A DNA stretch of 36,309 nt, counting the filler, from Atractiella rhizophila (taxonomy: Eukaryota), in assembly GCA_021432655.1 (NCBI GenBank). It is 32 parts of 32 records of this genome, joined end to end, with 100 filler letters (N's around TTAATTAATTAA, not from the genome) between each part and the next. Parts side by side here need not be neighbours in the genome. Positions count along the whole stretch, not along the records: positions 11,631 to 12,681 come from MU273156.1; positions 12,782 to 13,829 come from MU273157.1; positions 13,930 to 14,975 come from MU273158.1; positions 15,076 to 16,121 come from MU273159.1; positions 16,222 to 17,265 come from MU273160.1; positions 17,366 to 18,407 come from MU273161.1; positions 18,508 to 19,546 come from MU273162.1; positions 19,647 to 20,682 come from MU273163.1; 24 more parts are not named here. One strand, 5' to 3'. The position numbers and the translations under genes are program-made. A model generated the notes under the pieces. It saw only the letters and a list, made by a program, of their open reading frames with translations, searched no databases and had not been told where the DNA came from. Position 1 is the first letter of the stretch. Each line of letters starts with the position of its first letter. This document shows, piece after piece, positions 11,764 to 22,740 of this stretch.

Positions 11764-11934
11764 TATCCATGGGTGCCCCTTTCACCCATGAGCATCCACA
11801 GGTTACCCGTGGGAAACCCCGTACAACCAAGGGGAGCACGGGTGAACTACAGGGAGGGGTAGGGATATGGATTGTGTCTCTTACCCGTGGCGGATTTCCC
11901 CATGGGGTCACGGGTGACCCGTATACATTCCCTA
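11764..11934. mobile_element. hAT-like transposon end with ACCCGT/CCCATGGG subterminal repeats
   Basis: Dense CCATGGG, ACCCGTGG, CACGGGTGA and ACCCGT motifs in both orientations ending at ACATTCCCTA (TAGGGAATGT on the minus strand). It is preceded by a possible ORF tail ending AEIVID* near 11702. Confidence 0.6.
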
Positions 11935-12070
11935 AGTAAGGGAAGGGTCATGATGGAAAGAGGAGTCTATCACTACCATTCCAAAGTATTAGTATGGAAA
12001 ACTCGTCAGAAGGAGAAAAGCGACACCTTTAGAAAGATAATCTATGCCCCGAGTAAACTCCAGTCACCTC

Positions 12071-12681
12071 TCATTTGCCCAAGCCATCGCACGACGCACT
12101 TCCCACCCTACACACCTCAGCTCCTCCACTGCATGATCCCGCTCCATTGACCGTTCGTATCCCTGCCAGGGTGATCACATCTGTTTGCCACAGCCCGCGG
12201 GCACACATCGTGAAGCCATCATTCCAGAAAAGGTCATTGAGGGAAAGGGATTTGAGTTCGTCATAAGTGGACATTTTTTTCGGGAGTGCTTCGTCAGGAA
12301 AGTCGTTCATACTTCGCAACATGTCGAAGGTAGGTGTTGAAAGTTGTTTTGGCAGCAGCGTGATGTTTTGATACAGAGGCAAGGATACGTTCACGCTTCC
12401 TGAATCCTACAAGAATTAGTCTTGATAATGATTCTTTGAGGTCGACAAACCTGTCAAATAACCTCCACGTCGTTCTTTGGCAAGAGTGATCGGACAGAGT
12501 TCTTCCTTAATACGAAGTTGACGCCGTTGCAATTCTAATTTTGCATGCCGAATACGGAGAAGCTGTTTTCTCCTCTCTTCTATTAGTTAACACATTGCAG
12601 GTAAGCATGTGGCTTAGAGAGCGAGAAGCATCTTACTTTCAGTAGGACGGAGGTCACGAAATGCATCTCCCAACTCCCTCG
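12071..12681 (-). pseudogene. KDZ (Kyakuja-Dileera-Zisupton) transposase C-terminal fragment, frameshifted
   Basis: Spliced across two short introns it reads ...GGYLTGFRKRERILASVSKHHAAAKTTFNTY, then a frameshift near 12300, then FPDEALPKKMSTYDELKSLSLNDLFWNDGFTMCARGLWQTDVITLAGIR. This resembles the LxxDDPFWNDG...WAxD...GIR segment that I recall from CxC1-associated KDZ transposases of rust-like fungi. Confidence 0.7.
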
Positions 12682-12945
12682 NNNNNNNNNNNNNNNNNNN
12701 NNNNNNNNNNNNNNNNNNNNNNNNNTTAATTAATTAANNNNNNNNNNNNNNNNNNNNNNNNNNNNNNNNNNNNNNNNNNNNTAAGATAAATACCATCTCT
12801 GCTTCTGAGGCACAGGTCCCAGTTTACAGAGCCGTCAGTCTGTTCGAATATGCGTTCACATGTCCCCTTGCTCCCTTCCGAGTCTGTCTCACTGGCTTCG
12901 AGTCCAGAATATCTCTGTCTGACTATTTGCGGTTCCAGATTCGAA

Positions 12946-13829
12946 ATGAGTCCCATTGCACCACCGTCCCGCCCTCCGCCCCTACCAGTACTGAGGACGT
13001 TTCCTCCGACCCCTGGAATTCGAACAGACAGCATCCCCCCTCCTGGAGCTATGGCTAAGAGACAGCGCTCACTGAGCGATCCGAACTCCGCCAGCCTTCC
13101 ACATTCCTTGGTCGGTCCATCCTCTCTGCCTTCCTACCTATCTCTATGTATATCCACACCAGCATCCAACTATCTGACTGGCTTCTATGATTTTGCAGAC
13201 CATCCAGACATCACCCCTGCCCCCCACACCACAATCACCCTCCACTCCAGCTGGAACCCCTGCCAGCCTCCCAAGCATCTCAACAAGCCCTGTGAAGAGG
13301 CACGCTACAATCCGGAGGCAACATACGACAGCTATGAACCCTAGTCAAGACAAAGGTGTTGTGCAGGCTTTGCAGGAGTATGGACTCTCGTTGCATGATT
13401 TGATGGGGAGCAGTCTGAGTGCGCTGCCCATCCCTTTCTTCATCCTTCTTTCCAATCTGCTTCTCCTCCCTATTTAGCTTGACTGTGACTGTACCAATTA
13501 CCTATACGATTCGCTTACAATTTTCTGTGATACAGCTCCCCTCGGTGTAACTCCCGCGCCGGATCCCATACACGACAAAGAGCGCTTCCTTGGGGTCTTT
13601 GCAGATGGACGTAAGTTTCACCCCTCCCGTCCCTGGTCCCTCTTTCGCTCTGTATGCAAGGATGTCTGATAGATTGAATGCGTACGCTTAGCTCGAATAT
13701 GGAGCATCAAGCGACAAGACTTTGGTTCGTCCAAGGTAGACCTCAAGTTCTACTCTGCCAAAGAAGTGTGGGATAATTTCTTCTTCCCGGTAAGCTCTTC
13801 CTATCCTACTTCTACTCTCCTTCGTTCTT
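12946..13829 (+). CDS. Multi-exon hypothetical protein with Pro/Ser-rich N-terminus, 5' part
   Basis: ATG at 12946. Introns 13111-13198, 13419-13535 and 13611-13691, plus a donor at 13789, give one continuous frame ending ...ERFLGVFADG PRIWSIKRQDFGSSKVDLKFYSAKEVWDNFFFP. Confidence 0.65.
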
Positions 13830-13929
13830 NNNNNNNNNNNNNNNNNNNNNNNNNNNNNNNNNNNNNNNNNNNNTTAATTAATTAANNNNNNNNNNNNNNN
13901 NNNNNNNNNNNNNNNNNNNNNNNNNNNNN

Positions 13930-14720
13930 AAACCTGGAGTTGCTCTTGTTCAGCAAGGTCGTGCTGCTATGCAAGCCGACAGCTAGAGATGAACAGGTCG
14001 AGAATATATAAGATTTTGTGGGCACATCCAAGGAGGAAAATAAACGGAATAAGCAGTCAGTCATACACATTCCACCATTCATGCATTTTGACCAGCCTGA
14101 GAGAAATGCTAAGGAATGTCTGCCTTTGAGTGCTCAACCATGTGACCAAACTCTTCTCGCAGTTCCTGTGTGGGATGCCATGGCTCAGGGAGAGTTTCCC
14201 ACTTATTGATTCCATGGTAGAGTCGAATATCAGTTCTACATTTTCTTCCAGTGAAGATGGATGTGGTCTCCAGCAACAAAAGTCCAAGGGTCACGAATGG
14301 TCCTGAATCCAGAAGCTGGAGTTATAGCAATAACACCAGTATTGCGTCTGTCTCTACTCATATTTTCTAAGTTGTAGTGAGTGTGAGATCTTTGGCTCTC
14401 TCTGTGTACTTGGTTGTAGTGCGCATGGGAAGATTATACGGATCATATCTTGCTGGTCAATAGTCGGGAAGACTGCCATGAGTGTGAGAATGTGAGGTGC
14501 ATGGATAGTAGTAGTACTGTTCAAGCAGCTGACCAATTAGCTTGTAAACGCGACATCCACACTTGCCTTGATGGCCTGTGCAGCCATTCGCCTTTGCAGA
14601 GCCAAGTTTGTCACCTAGGTTTGTAAGTCTGGATGAATTAAGAGTGTGCAGTGTGACTGACCCAGTTTATTAATCAGCCAGCCTTTCCAAACAAACTATT
14701 TCTGACAAGACACATCCCAC
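13930..14720 (-). pseudogene. CACTA/EnSpm (Tnp2-like) transposase remnant with multiple stops and frameshifts
   Basis: Minus strand, intron 14661-14615: WDVSCQK*FVWKGWLINKL GDKLGSAKANGCTGHQGKCGCRVYKLIG...YYYYP...YDPYNFPMRT...TGV...GDHIHL...EEFGHMVEHSKADIP. The motif order WD..F..GD..AK..GH.G..CR..YY.P..YDP..P.RT..TG..DxxH matches fungal Tnp2-family transposases. Confidence 0.8.
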
Positions 14721-14975
14721 ATCCACAACACTCTGGCTCAACAACTTCATCTCCATGGTCGATATCAACACTCCCAATCACCCATCCTCCCTTCATTTCT
14801 CTGCCACAACATCGATATCCCAACGTCTTGCTCAGGAATCAATAGCCAAGAACCCAGAGCAGGCTACACAGGAGCTGCCACAGTGGCTGCAACAATTTTC
14901 GGATGTCTTTGATGAGAAGGAATTTGATAAACTCCCAGAGAGGAGGAAGTAGGATCATGCTATTGACCTCAAGGA
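14721..14975 (+). mobile_element. Ty3/Gypsy pol fragment (protease-to-RT linker) with a premature stop
   Basis: ATTSISQRLAQES...ELPQWLQQFSDVFDEKEFDKLPERRK*DHAIDLK matches the Gypsy FxDVF...LPxxRxWDHAIxL motif. TAG at 14950-14952 sits at the usual aromatic (W/Y) position. Confidence 0.88.
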
Positions 14976-16221
14976 NNNNNNNNNNNNNNNNNNNNNNNNN
15001 NNNNNNNNNNNNNNNNNNNTTAATTAATTAANNNNNNNNNNNNNNNNNNNNNNNNNNNNNNNNNNNNNNNNNNNNTATTCGAGGATTTCTTTCTTTTGCG
15101 CCATCTTGCCCTCGAAAGCGAATGTTCAAGCAAGCGGCCGCACCCACCCACATCGCATCTTGGTACACGTTCTCTTTGCATCGCAGGAAAGAAAAAGCAA
15201 GAGGGAGAGTGGATGGCTGGTGGCCACCATATTCCCGACGATCCCCATCGCGATGAACAAAGCAAACCTAAGCACGTATCTGCCCGCGGTATTCTGTAAA
15301 TTTGTGTGTACAGGGCCGATAGAGGAAGGAGGAGATTGCGGGAGGGCACGGGGAGAAGTGTGAACATGGTGATATTAGTAATCATGCTGATGAGGTGGCG
15401 AACAGAAACCTCTGCAACTTCTTACTCATACTCAGGAGATGACATACAAAGAGAAAGCGGTGTGCCGGTAGAACATTGTCCATTATTCATCCTGCTTCAT
15501 CCACTGTCTGACAGAAAGCAGGTTCTCAAAGAAACTTGTAGCGTAGAGCGAATGGGAACTTGAAGGGGATGAAGAACCTTCCAGACAGCGCTATCGCGTT
15601 CCGCGGTACCCCAATTTTGTGAGTGACATCGTTGGTAATCTCTTCCCGACACTTGCTCTTCGGCACAGTGTCTCTCAGCTCTTTGACGCTTTTCCTCTCC
15701 TCTTCCCCCCCTTTAGGCTTCTCATCATTTGCCTGACCAAAGCACGGCTTACATGCTGCCGAAATGGTTAAACTGGCGGTTGCTTCTTTGACGATATCAA
15801 CCTGCTGCTTCACTAAGCTTCATTGTTGTCACGTCATCTTCCCTGGCTTTCCCCATCATCTCTCAGGCTCCACTATGGATCCACACTAGCACCACTCGAT
15901 GAGCTCATCTCTCTGCTGCTGCTGCAGTCTCTGCCATTTATCGCCTGCGGAAACATGGCACATAAAACTCGACAGGAACTTCAAGCACACCAAGATTCAA
16001 AGCAAGTTCAGAAGAAATCCCTGGCAATGTTTCCATACCGCAAGATTCTCGTTGTAGGAGCTTCCTCGTAAGCCCAGACGTGGCTCATGGATGGATTATT
16101 TCCTCACATCTGACTCTACAGNNNNNNNNNNNNNNNNNNNNNNNNNNNNNNNNNNNNNNNNNNNNTTAATTAATTAANNNNNNNNNNNNNNNNNNNNNNN
16201 NNNNNNNNNNNNNNNNNNNNN

Positions 16222-17265
16222 TAGGGAAGCGGCCAAGCTGACCAAGGCGGCGTCTGAGAAGATGTAGTCCAACAGCAACTCTTTCGTCCTGTATATCAGC
16301 TTGGTTAGTCATTGCCTGTTTCATTCATTCATTCAACGCCGAAAAGGCATTCGAAGTTAAAGAAAAACAAGTTCCTCCAATCAGCGGAGGACTTTGAATT
16401 CGATGTATAAATCTTTAAGAGCTCATCCCTCTGACGATCTCTGGTCATACGCACGACATCCCCCTTGTATGTACACCACTCGAAGCCTCCTCTTCCTCTG
16501 CAATAGAGACTTGGGGGCTGCCAACTCGAGCTCCTTCGGCATAGGCCAATAGTGTTTCTTCCTACCAGCATACGCATAATTTTGTACCAAGTTACAGTTA
16601 TCAAGTGGTAGTCTTTGTCAGTCGTGAAAGTCAAGAAGAAAGACAAGACTCTTGTCGATATCCTTCCTTAAATTAATCTTTTCCAATATTTTACGCATGG
16701 CCCATCTGCTTCTTCACAATGATCAAGAAAACGTATGTGCGTATGCAGCGGTCGTGTGTGAGAAACAGAAAGTCCCCGTCTCCATGAAGAAATAGCTGGA
16801 CGAATTTTTGGTCTGAAGTCACATCTTTCAAGCCTTGCATATAATATAAACAGCGCGGCGTTCCTTCCCTTCCTCCTCACATTTCCGACGTGCCTCTCTC
16901 TCACCCTCTTATTTGAGGGTTCAGTATATACTGTTCGTCAGGACAGCAAATTAACCCAATGAAAAGCAAAATACGTGTAATCAAGAAACGTAGACGTTTT
17001 AAAGAACATTGAAAGCGATTCAATCTTATACAGCAAAGGAAAGGAGATGAAAGGAGAGGAGAGGAAGAACAAAGTTCTACACCTCACACGACAACCCAGC
17101 AAGAGGAAAAGGTGACACACCTAACAGGCAACCAAGGCCACCTCGCCTGAATCTCTTCCGCACCCAACAGCCTCATAACGCTCTCACCCTTAGCCTTCAA
17201 CTCCGTATTGTCCTTCCTGCTCTCATCCAAAAAATGGGTCCACTCCCCCTTCCCGTCCTTTCCTC
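16222..17265. repeat. Diverged second copy of the locus in contig 24187-25220
   Basis: 16222 onward aligns with 24294 onward (TAGGGAAGCGGCCAAGCTGACC...) through to ...CTGAATCTCTTCCGCAC. The ends are near identical and the middle has many substitutions and indels. Confidence 0.95.
17084..17265 (-). CDS. 3' end of a hypothetical gene (copy at 25135-25220)
   Basis: Open frame GKDGKGEWTHFLDESRKDNTELKAKGESVMRLLGAEEIQARWPWLPVRCVTFSSCWVVV*. The one difference seen against the other copy is synonymous (TTG/TTA). Confidence 0.5.
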
Positions 17266-17471
17266 NNNNNNNNNNNNNNNNNNNNNNNNNNNNNNNNNNN
17301 NNNNNNNNNTTAATTAATTAANNNNNNNNNNNNNNNNNNNNNNNNNNNNNNNNNNNNNNNNNNNNAACACCCTCCTCCCCCTTTAAATGCTCGCTCTTTC
17401 CAACTTAACCACCATCTTCCTCCGCACTTCTCGCCTTTCTTGGTCTCTGAGTTCTTGGTCTATTGACAATC

Positions 17472-17726
17472 ATGCCCTCAACGTCACAACACAAGCTTCA
17501 AGTGAAGGAAAGCGCCATTGAGAAGGCTACCTCCCCCTCCCCTACGACGACTGACGACACTTTCGTTACTTGTTTAGAGATCGAGTCTGCAATCCAGGTC
17601 GCTATTCCTGCCCCAGTTCTGGCCAGGGGAACAGTAGCCGAAGATGGCGAGGGTGGTGCGAGGAAGAAGGGGAAGAAGAAGAAGAAGGGCAGTGGGAAGG
17701 GTTCGTATTCCATGTTGTCTTTCTGA
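17472..17726 (+). CDS. Small hypothetical protein with a polybasic tract
   Basis: MPSTSQHK...ARKKGKKKKKGSGK follows a pyrimidine-rich leader. A possible intron at 17701-17751 makes the 3' end uncertain. Confidence 0.4.
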   Translation: MPSTSQHKLQVKESAIEKATSPSPTTTDDTFVTCLEIESAIQVAIPAPVLARGTVAEDGEGGARKKGKKKKKGSGKGSYSMLSF

Positions 17727-18820
17727 TGATATTTATCTCGCTCTATTTCAGCTGCTTGCCTGGTGCTGTATCATCGTGATCGTTACACCGCTCTAATTGC
17801 ACATCGTTCGCGCTGAATATGTTACTTTCTCTCATTCATGCCGCTTGCTGTTGTTGCCTCGCTTTCTTTCATCGTTCCATTGTGCAATCGCTTCATTAGG
17901 GAAGAGCTTGTTGTCTTCTCCTTCTCTGACAACAATATTGATTTTCAGGCATTGCGCATATTTCGTTTTATTGCCTGCAGACCGAATATTTGGGAGATGA
18001 GACGATGATCCCTTTTTAGGGACATTCCATTTCTTTCACGAGAAAGGACATATGATATCTTGGGCACATCATACGCTTACGAATCATTCCGCGATAATAT
18101 ACAGTCGAATGATGATACATTGTGGTAGATTGTCTTTCTTGTACCTGACGGCAGACTTTGTCTTTCATATCCGATAGGAGTGAAATCTCTCGTTTTCGAC
18201 TACAGCTGGCTCCCTCATATACTTCAGTGAAGATACAAGCCTTGATCTCCAAACAGCATCTGCCTAATGAGACTACGCTCGTCAATTATCATGGTATCGT
18301 TTCACTCATTCGAGAGATTTCCTTGGTCCTGTGTTGAACCGCGCGTTGACATTACTTCATTTCCTGATTGCCACTTTCACCTTCCACATCCAGCGCAGAA
18401 TAGCTTCNNNNNNNNNNNNNNNNNNNNNNNNNNNNNNNNNNNNNNNNNNNNTTAATTAATTAANNNNNNNNNNNNNNNNNNNNNNNNNNNNNNNNNNNNN
18501 NNNNNNNACGTTGGGACTCGATCCTTCCGTATAGGTACGTATTTCATAAGTTATATCATGAAACGCAAGCTTTGATGGCAGATCTTTTCAGAATTAATGA
18601 AAGCTTAAATTATAATACCTGAAACATTGAAGCATCTTGAAGCATCTCCAGATGTGCGCACACAGTGAGAAGGTGCGATGATACTGAGTTTCTCCTAGCC
18701 GTGCTTCCTAAAGTACAGAGTGGTCGTCTGCACCGGCCTTGAAGGACATATTTCTTCTTTTTGTATCAAGGAGAAAGTGAAAGTGCCAGACATCGTTCAC
18801 TCGTTCAGGAGAGTTGGAGC

Positions 18821-18914
18821 TCTCTCGAGTCGGAGTTCAAGTATTCTTATTCCTGTCAATCAGTCTCTCGAATTCAAGTTCGGAGTTCCAGTTCTGAACT
18901 CCGACTCCGAGAGA
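18821..18914. repeat. Imperfect inverted repeat (19-20 bp arms, 55-nt spacer)
   Basis: TCTCTCGAGTCGGAGTTCA (18821-18839) pairs with TGAACTCCGACTCCGAGAGA (18895-18914) with one bulged base. Confidence 0.7.
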
Positions 18915-20563
18915 ACGACTGTGGGCGCGAGGGCGATTCCTTTTCTGAGAGTTCGATGATGGTGAAACCTCGAAACGTTCATTCGTCCAGTTAGGCTTGC
19001 GCGTTTTGAGAGTTGACGCGAATACATGGTAGGAAGTTTGTCCTAGATCCGGAGTTTACTTATATTTATACTTTAGACTTGTCAGAGAAGGAATGTAGTA
19101 GAGTAGAGTTATGATCCATACTTTTACGAGGTTAGAAGGCGTTGGATGGAGACAGTCGAGCTTCAACCCCAATCAGTGGACACTGGTGTCTGTCAAGATT
19201 CCCGTGTTGAAGAAAGCAAATGCGGTTTTAATAATGATGCATCAGAATCATGTTAATGCCCAACATGACATTGAGGCATTGGTGTCTGTATACCTTTCAT
19301 AATCATTTGCAGGGCCTGAAACTCAAATTCAAGTTTATTTTTGGCTTTCGAGATTTTAATTTCCTTAAAGAGCAGGTCAAGTTATAGCTACGACAAGACT
19401 TGTTGACATCCTTTTTGGCTGACGGCTGTGAACTGTCAGGTTCAAGAATCGGCTGGAACGAGCCTTTTTGGTGTTATGAACGCGATTTTGAGAGCAACTA
19501 TTAAAAAAGTCATATTCAAGAATATTCAAGTTTAGAAAATCGAGCGNNNNNNNNNNNNNNNNNNNNNNNNNNNNNNNNNNNNNNNNNNNNTTAATTAATT
19601 AANNNNNNNNNNNNNNNNNNNNNNNNNNNNNNNNNNNNNNNNNNNNCTCCCAATCATTTACACTTTCCGTACTCCCGTAGAGGATCGGTTGAGAAAATGA
19701 CGAAGTGCGGCAAAGACCGGGTCACAATCGCGACTCAAGCAAGAGTATCAGGCCAAGGGGTGCAGCTACAAATGCCCTCTGAATTGCAGTCTACACAAGA
19801 AGACCAAAGTAATGCGATTTAAATATTAGATGGCGAGACAACCTGAGGTTGCGTACTCCTTTGCAAGTGGATATGTTCTAATGGCCCGCGGGAGTGTTCC
19901 TATCCCTCTCAAAATGGCGAGAGTCAAGACAACACCATGCGTAGATGCACGGGATATGTAACTTTGCAACTCTACACCAGGATGATTCCCAGAAGCTTAG
20001 AAAGATGCCAGTTTATTCCGCGCAAGAAAGCCGCACGCGAACAGAGATCGCGTAAGTTTTCTGCAACTCTCTTTGTGGTGGTCATCAATATTTCATACTC
20101 TCAACCTTTCAACAGCGTTCTCCACCCTTGAATGTATATAAGTCTACATACGCACCTACTAATTTTGGTTTACCATGCCACATTGCCACGACAGGTCCCC
20201 CTCACCCATCCTGGGCATAAAATAACAATGAATCCTTGAAACAACTATACTTGAGAGGTTCTTGAAAAATACACGAAGCAAAGTGGGCTGTTGAAGGACG
20301 CAGGCTAGGTTATAACGAAACGGCAGGCTAAAGGGATTTCAGGTCAGGAACATGAAATAAACAGATTGGCGGAATATGATATCAGGCAGGATCATGGATA
20401 ATCACGCGCTTTTGAGGACGTCGAGTACGCGAGGCGTCTGTCCGTGTCGCTGCTCGTTTGAAAATCCAATCGCCAACACATACACGGTCGCAGGCTGGAC
20501 AACCTCCAGGCGCCGACATAAGAATACTTCTGGGCTACGAACCGCACTGACGAGCGAAGCAGC

Positions 20564-20682
20564 ATGTCCTCTCCCGAAGTCCTGCTCGAAATTCCTCTCG
20601 AGCCCACTTCTCAGCCCTTCGATGATCTGGCTCGTCTCAACGAGGCTGGCCCGTCAGAATCTCGTACGAAGAAGCCAATGGT
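20564..20682 (+). CDS. Possible gene N-terminus truncated by the contig edge
   Basis: MSSPEVLLEIPLEPTSQPFDDLARLNEAGPSESRTKKPM is open to the contig end. No family recognised. Confidence 0.3.
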
Positions 20683-20782
20683 NNNNNNNNNNNNNNNNNN
20701 NNNNNNNNNNNNNNNNNNNNNNNNNNTTAATTAATTAANNNNNNNNNNNNNNNNNNNNNNNNNNNNNNNNNNNNNNNNNNNN

Positions 20783-20988
20783 AAAGACATATGCACCATG
20801 TCAATCGGTAACCTCTCAATATTATCGCGAGTCAAATGAGGAGGAGTCCCCCGTTTGGAGGAGGGGATGATGGCTGGGGTGGACACCGTTTTGCCATTGA
20901 TCGACAGCGTCCCGACTCGCAATTTTTCAGACTTCATTGAAGAGAGCTCGAAAGAGAACTCTCTTCGATGGGAGCTAGCCTCGCTCAT
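20783..20988 (-). CDS. QTRT2: Queuine tRNA-ribosyltransferase accessory subunit (TGT family), 5' part
   Basis: FELSS...RVGTLSINGKTVSTPAIIPSSKRGTPPHLTRD fits the TGT N-terminus. RGxxPHLTxD is characteristic of the non-catalytic QTRT2/QTRTD1 subunit. Confidence 0.8.
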
Positions 20989-21142
20989 CCGGAGTGCAAA
21001 GGATATTCAAGCAAATGGGAAGTTTGGACGAAACACACTTTGATCGCTGTAGTTTGAATCATGATCTGGTTTGGAAGCTCCCGAAAATTTCGATCAGCGC
21101 AGAAACTGCAGTGAACATCAGGACGTTAGCAGAACACGCGAA

Positions 21143-21817
21143 ATGTCTAGCATATCTTCTACAGACTGTCCAACTCTTACCCTCGTCGCGCGTGGCAAAG
21201 TCCGTGACATCTACTCTATCCCCAGCCATCCAGATCGTCTCCTTTTCGTAGCTACTGATAGGGTATCAGCTTTTGACTATGTCATGAAGACGGTAAGCTC
21301 CACTTCCTAAGGTTAGGTGCTTCGGATGGGAGGTTCTGATTATGCTTTCTTGCTAGCCAGCCCATCCCTTCCAAAGGTTCTCTTCTCAGCCTTCTTTCGC
21401 TTCACTTCTTCCAATCCATCTGTCCACTCATACCCATCGAGCACCACGTCGCAGGTTTCATCCCATCACCTAAGAACTCGCCTTCCATCAAGGCGTCTCT
21501 AGGAGCTGGATTATGGGAGGAACTTCCTCAGGAGTTGTTGCAATATAGGGAACAGTTGGAGGGGAGGAGCATTTGGGTGAAGAAGTGTGAAGTATTGAAG
21601 GTGGAGGCCATTGTTAGAGGATATCTGACTGGTGCGTCCTTCTGTCAGGATTGGAGGATAATGTTTCATGAGAGGATGATGAAGGGTCGGCATGGAGAGA
21701 ATACGAGAAAAGCGGCACAGTCCATGGAATGAAGATGCCAGAGGGGCTCAAGAATTCATCCAAGTTCCCCGAACCCATATTCACTCCTAGCACGAAGGCA
21801 GATCAAGGGGAACATGA
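21143..21817 (+). CDS. ADE1: SAICAR synthetase, 5' part
   Basis: Motifs [39 protein letters not shown] and [14 protein letters not shown]. Introns 21293-21360 and 21632-21684. Confidence 0.98.
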
Positions 21818-22025
21818 NNNNNNNNNNNNNNNNNNNNNNNNNNNNNNNNNNNNNNNNNNNNTTAATTAATTAANNNNNNNNNNNNNNNNNNNNNNNNNNN
21901 NNNNNNNNNNNNNNNNNTTGATCGAAATCGCAAACCGAGCGACGCTGAGATTCCCCTCATTACAGTCCTGAGGTGGATTTCCTAGACTCCAAACTCAACC
22001 TGCCGTGTATTGCGGGGCTGCTGCA

Positions 22026-22098
22026 GCGGAATTGTGGGGACAGTGGTGGCTATTTCCCTGCTTTCAAGGGTTCGAGTCCAGTACAAAACGCATTTTTT
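22026..22098 (+). other. tRNA-like / Pol III remnant, not an intact tRNA
   Basis: CAGTGGT (D-loop-like, 22041), CTTTCA (22061), a consensus B box in GGGTTCGAGTCC (22068-22079) and a T6 run (22093-22098). There is no complete anticodon or acceptor stem. Confidence 0.3.
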
Positions 22099-22740
22099 CA
22101 AACCTTTCAGAATAAAATTTCCTTGTAGGTTCAGAAAGGGGCAAGCATATGGGTTATGATGGCATAATTCATTTCATTCTACTGTGCATGGTATGGGAGG
22201 TGTGAGGGCTCAAAAGTGCGTCTTATGACTCACGCCAAGAAACCCAACGCTCTTAGAAGAATAGAAAGGATGGGCTACTTCTCCAGTGAAATTCGAGAAC
22301 TTCTGAGACTCTTCCACACCCTACACTGACATCCTGACACCTCCTACTTCTAGACTACTGCGCCGCTATACAGCTAAGGGGGAGAACAGGTAACGGGGGA
22401 GAAAGTTCAGTTTGAAAGTAGTGAGAGTGTTCCCCGTCCCCAATAATTAACATCTCGGACCAAATTAAAATGGCGAGAAAAATGACTTACTAGTCCTCAA
22501 GCGTTAATTGACACTCTTTCCACCGACATTCCAGCACCTTCTGCTTCTCCTGAGTAATGCTCTTCATCTCTAAATCCCGTAGAGAAACAAGTTTATGTGA
22601 TGGATAATTCCCTTGACAATGCTGTGGAGTTGGCGTGCCGCAACACTGATAAGAAGAATCGAACCCCAATCTGAAGGTCTACGATGCTGCAGCGCCGACA
22701 TGGCTGCCTTCATCAGTTATCGGCCATTAGAAATAATTTA

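Noticed and set aside
7960..12681. A KDZ transposase plus a possible 2OG-Fe dioxygenase as a DNA-modification system
   Set aside because: They lie on different contigs ordered only by length, and the dioxygenase domain is not actually present in the window.
14950..14952. Programmed stop-codon readthrough in the Gypsy fragment
   Set aside because: The TAG lies inside pol at a normally aromatic codon, not at a gag-pol boundary. A point mutation explains it.
15526..16121. Degenerate retroelement RNase H (minus-strand HRVVLVWIHSG)
   Set aside because: The expected GH.G..GNE.AD motif does not follow, and every frame is interrupted. Unassignable.
17472..17800. Pheromone precursor or CaaX-prenylated protein (polybasic tract, nearby WCCII)
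   Set aside because: No available splice puts a Cys four residues before a stop. The WCCII frame is out of phase and continues beyond it.
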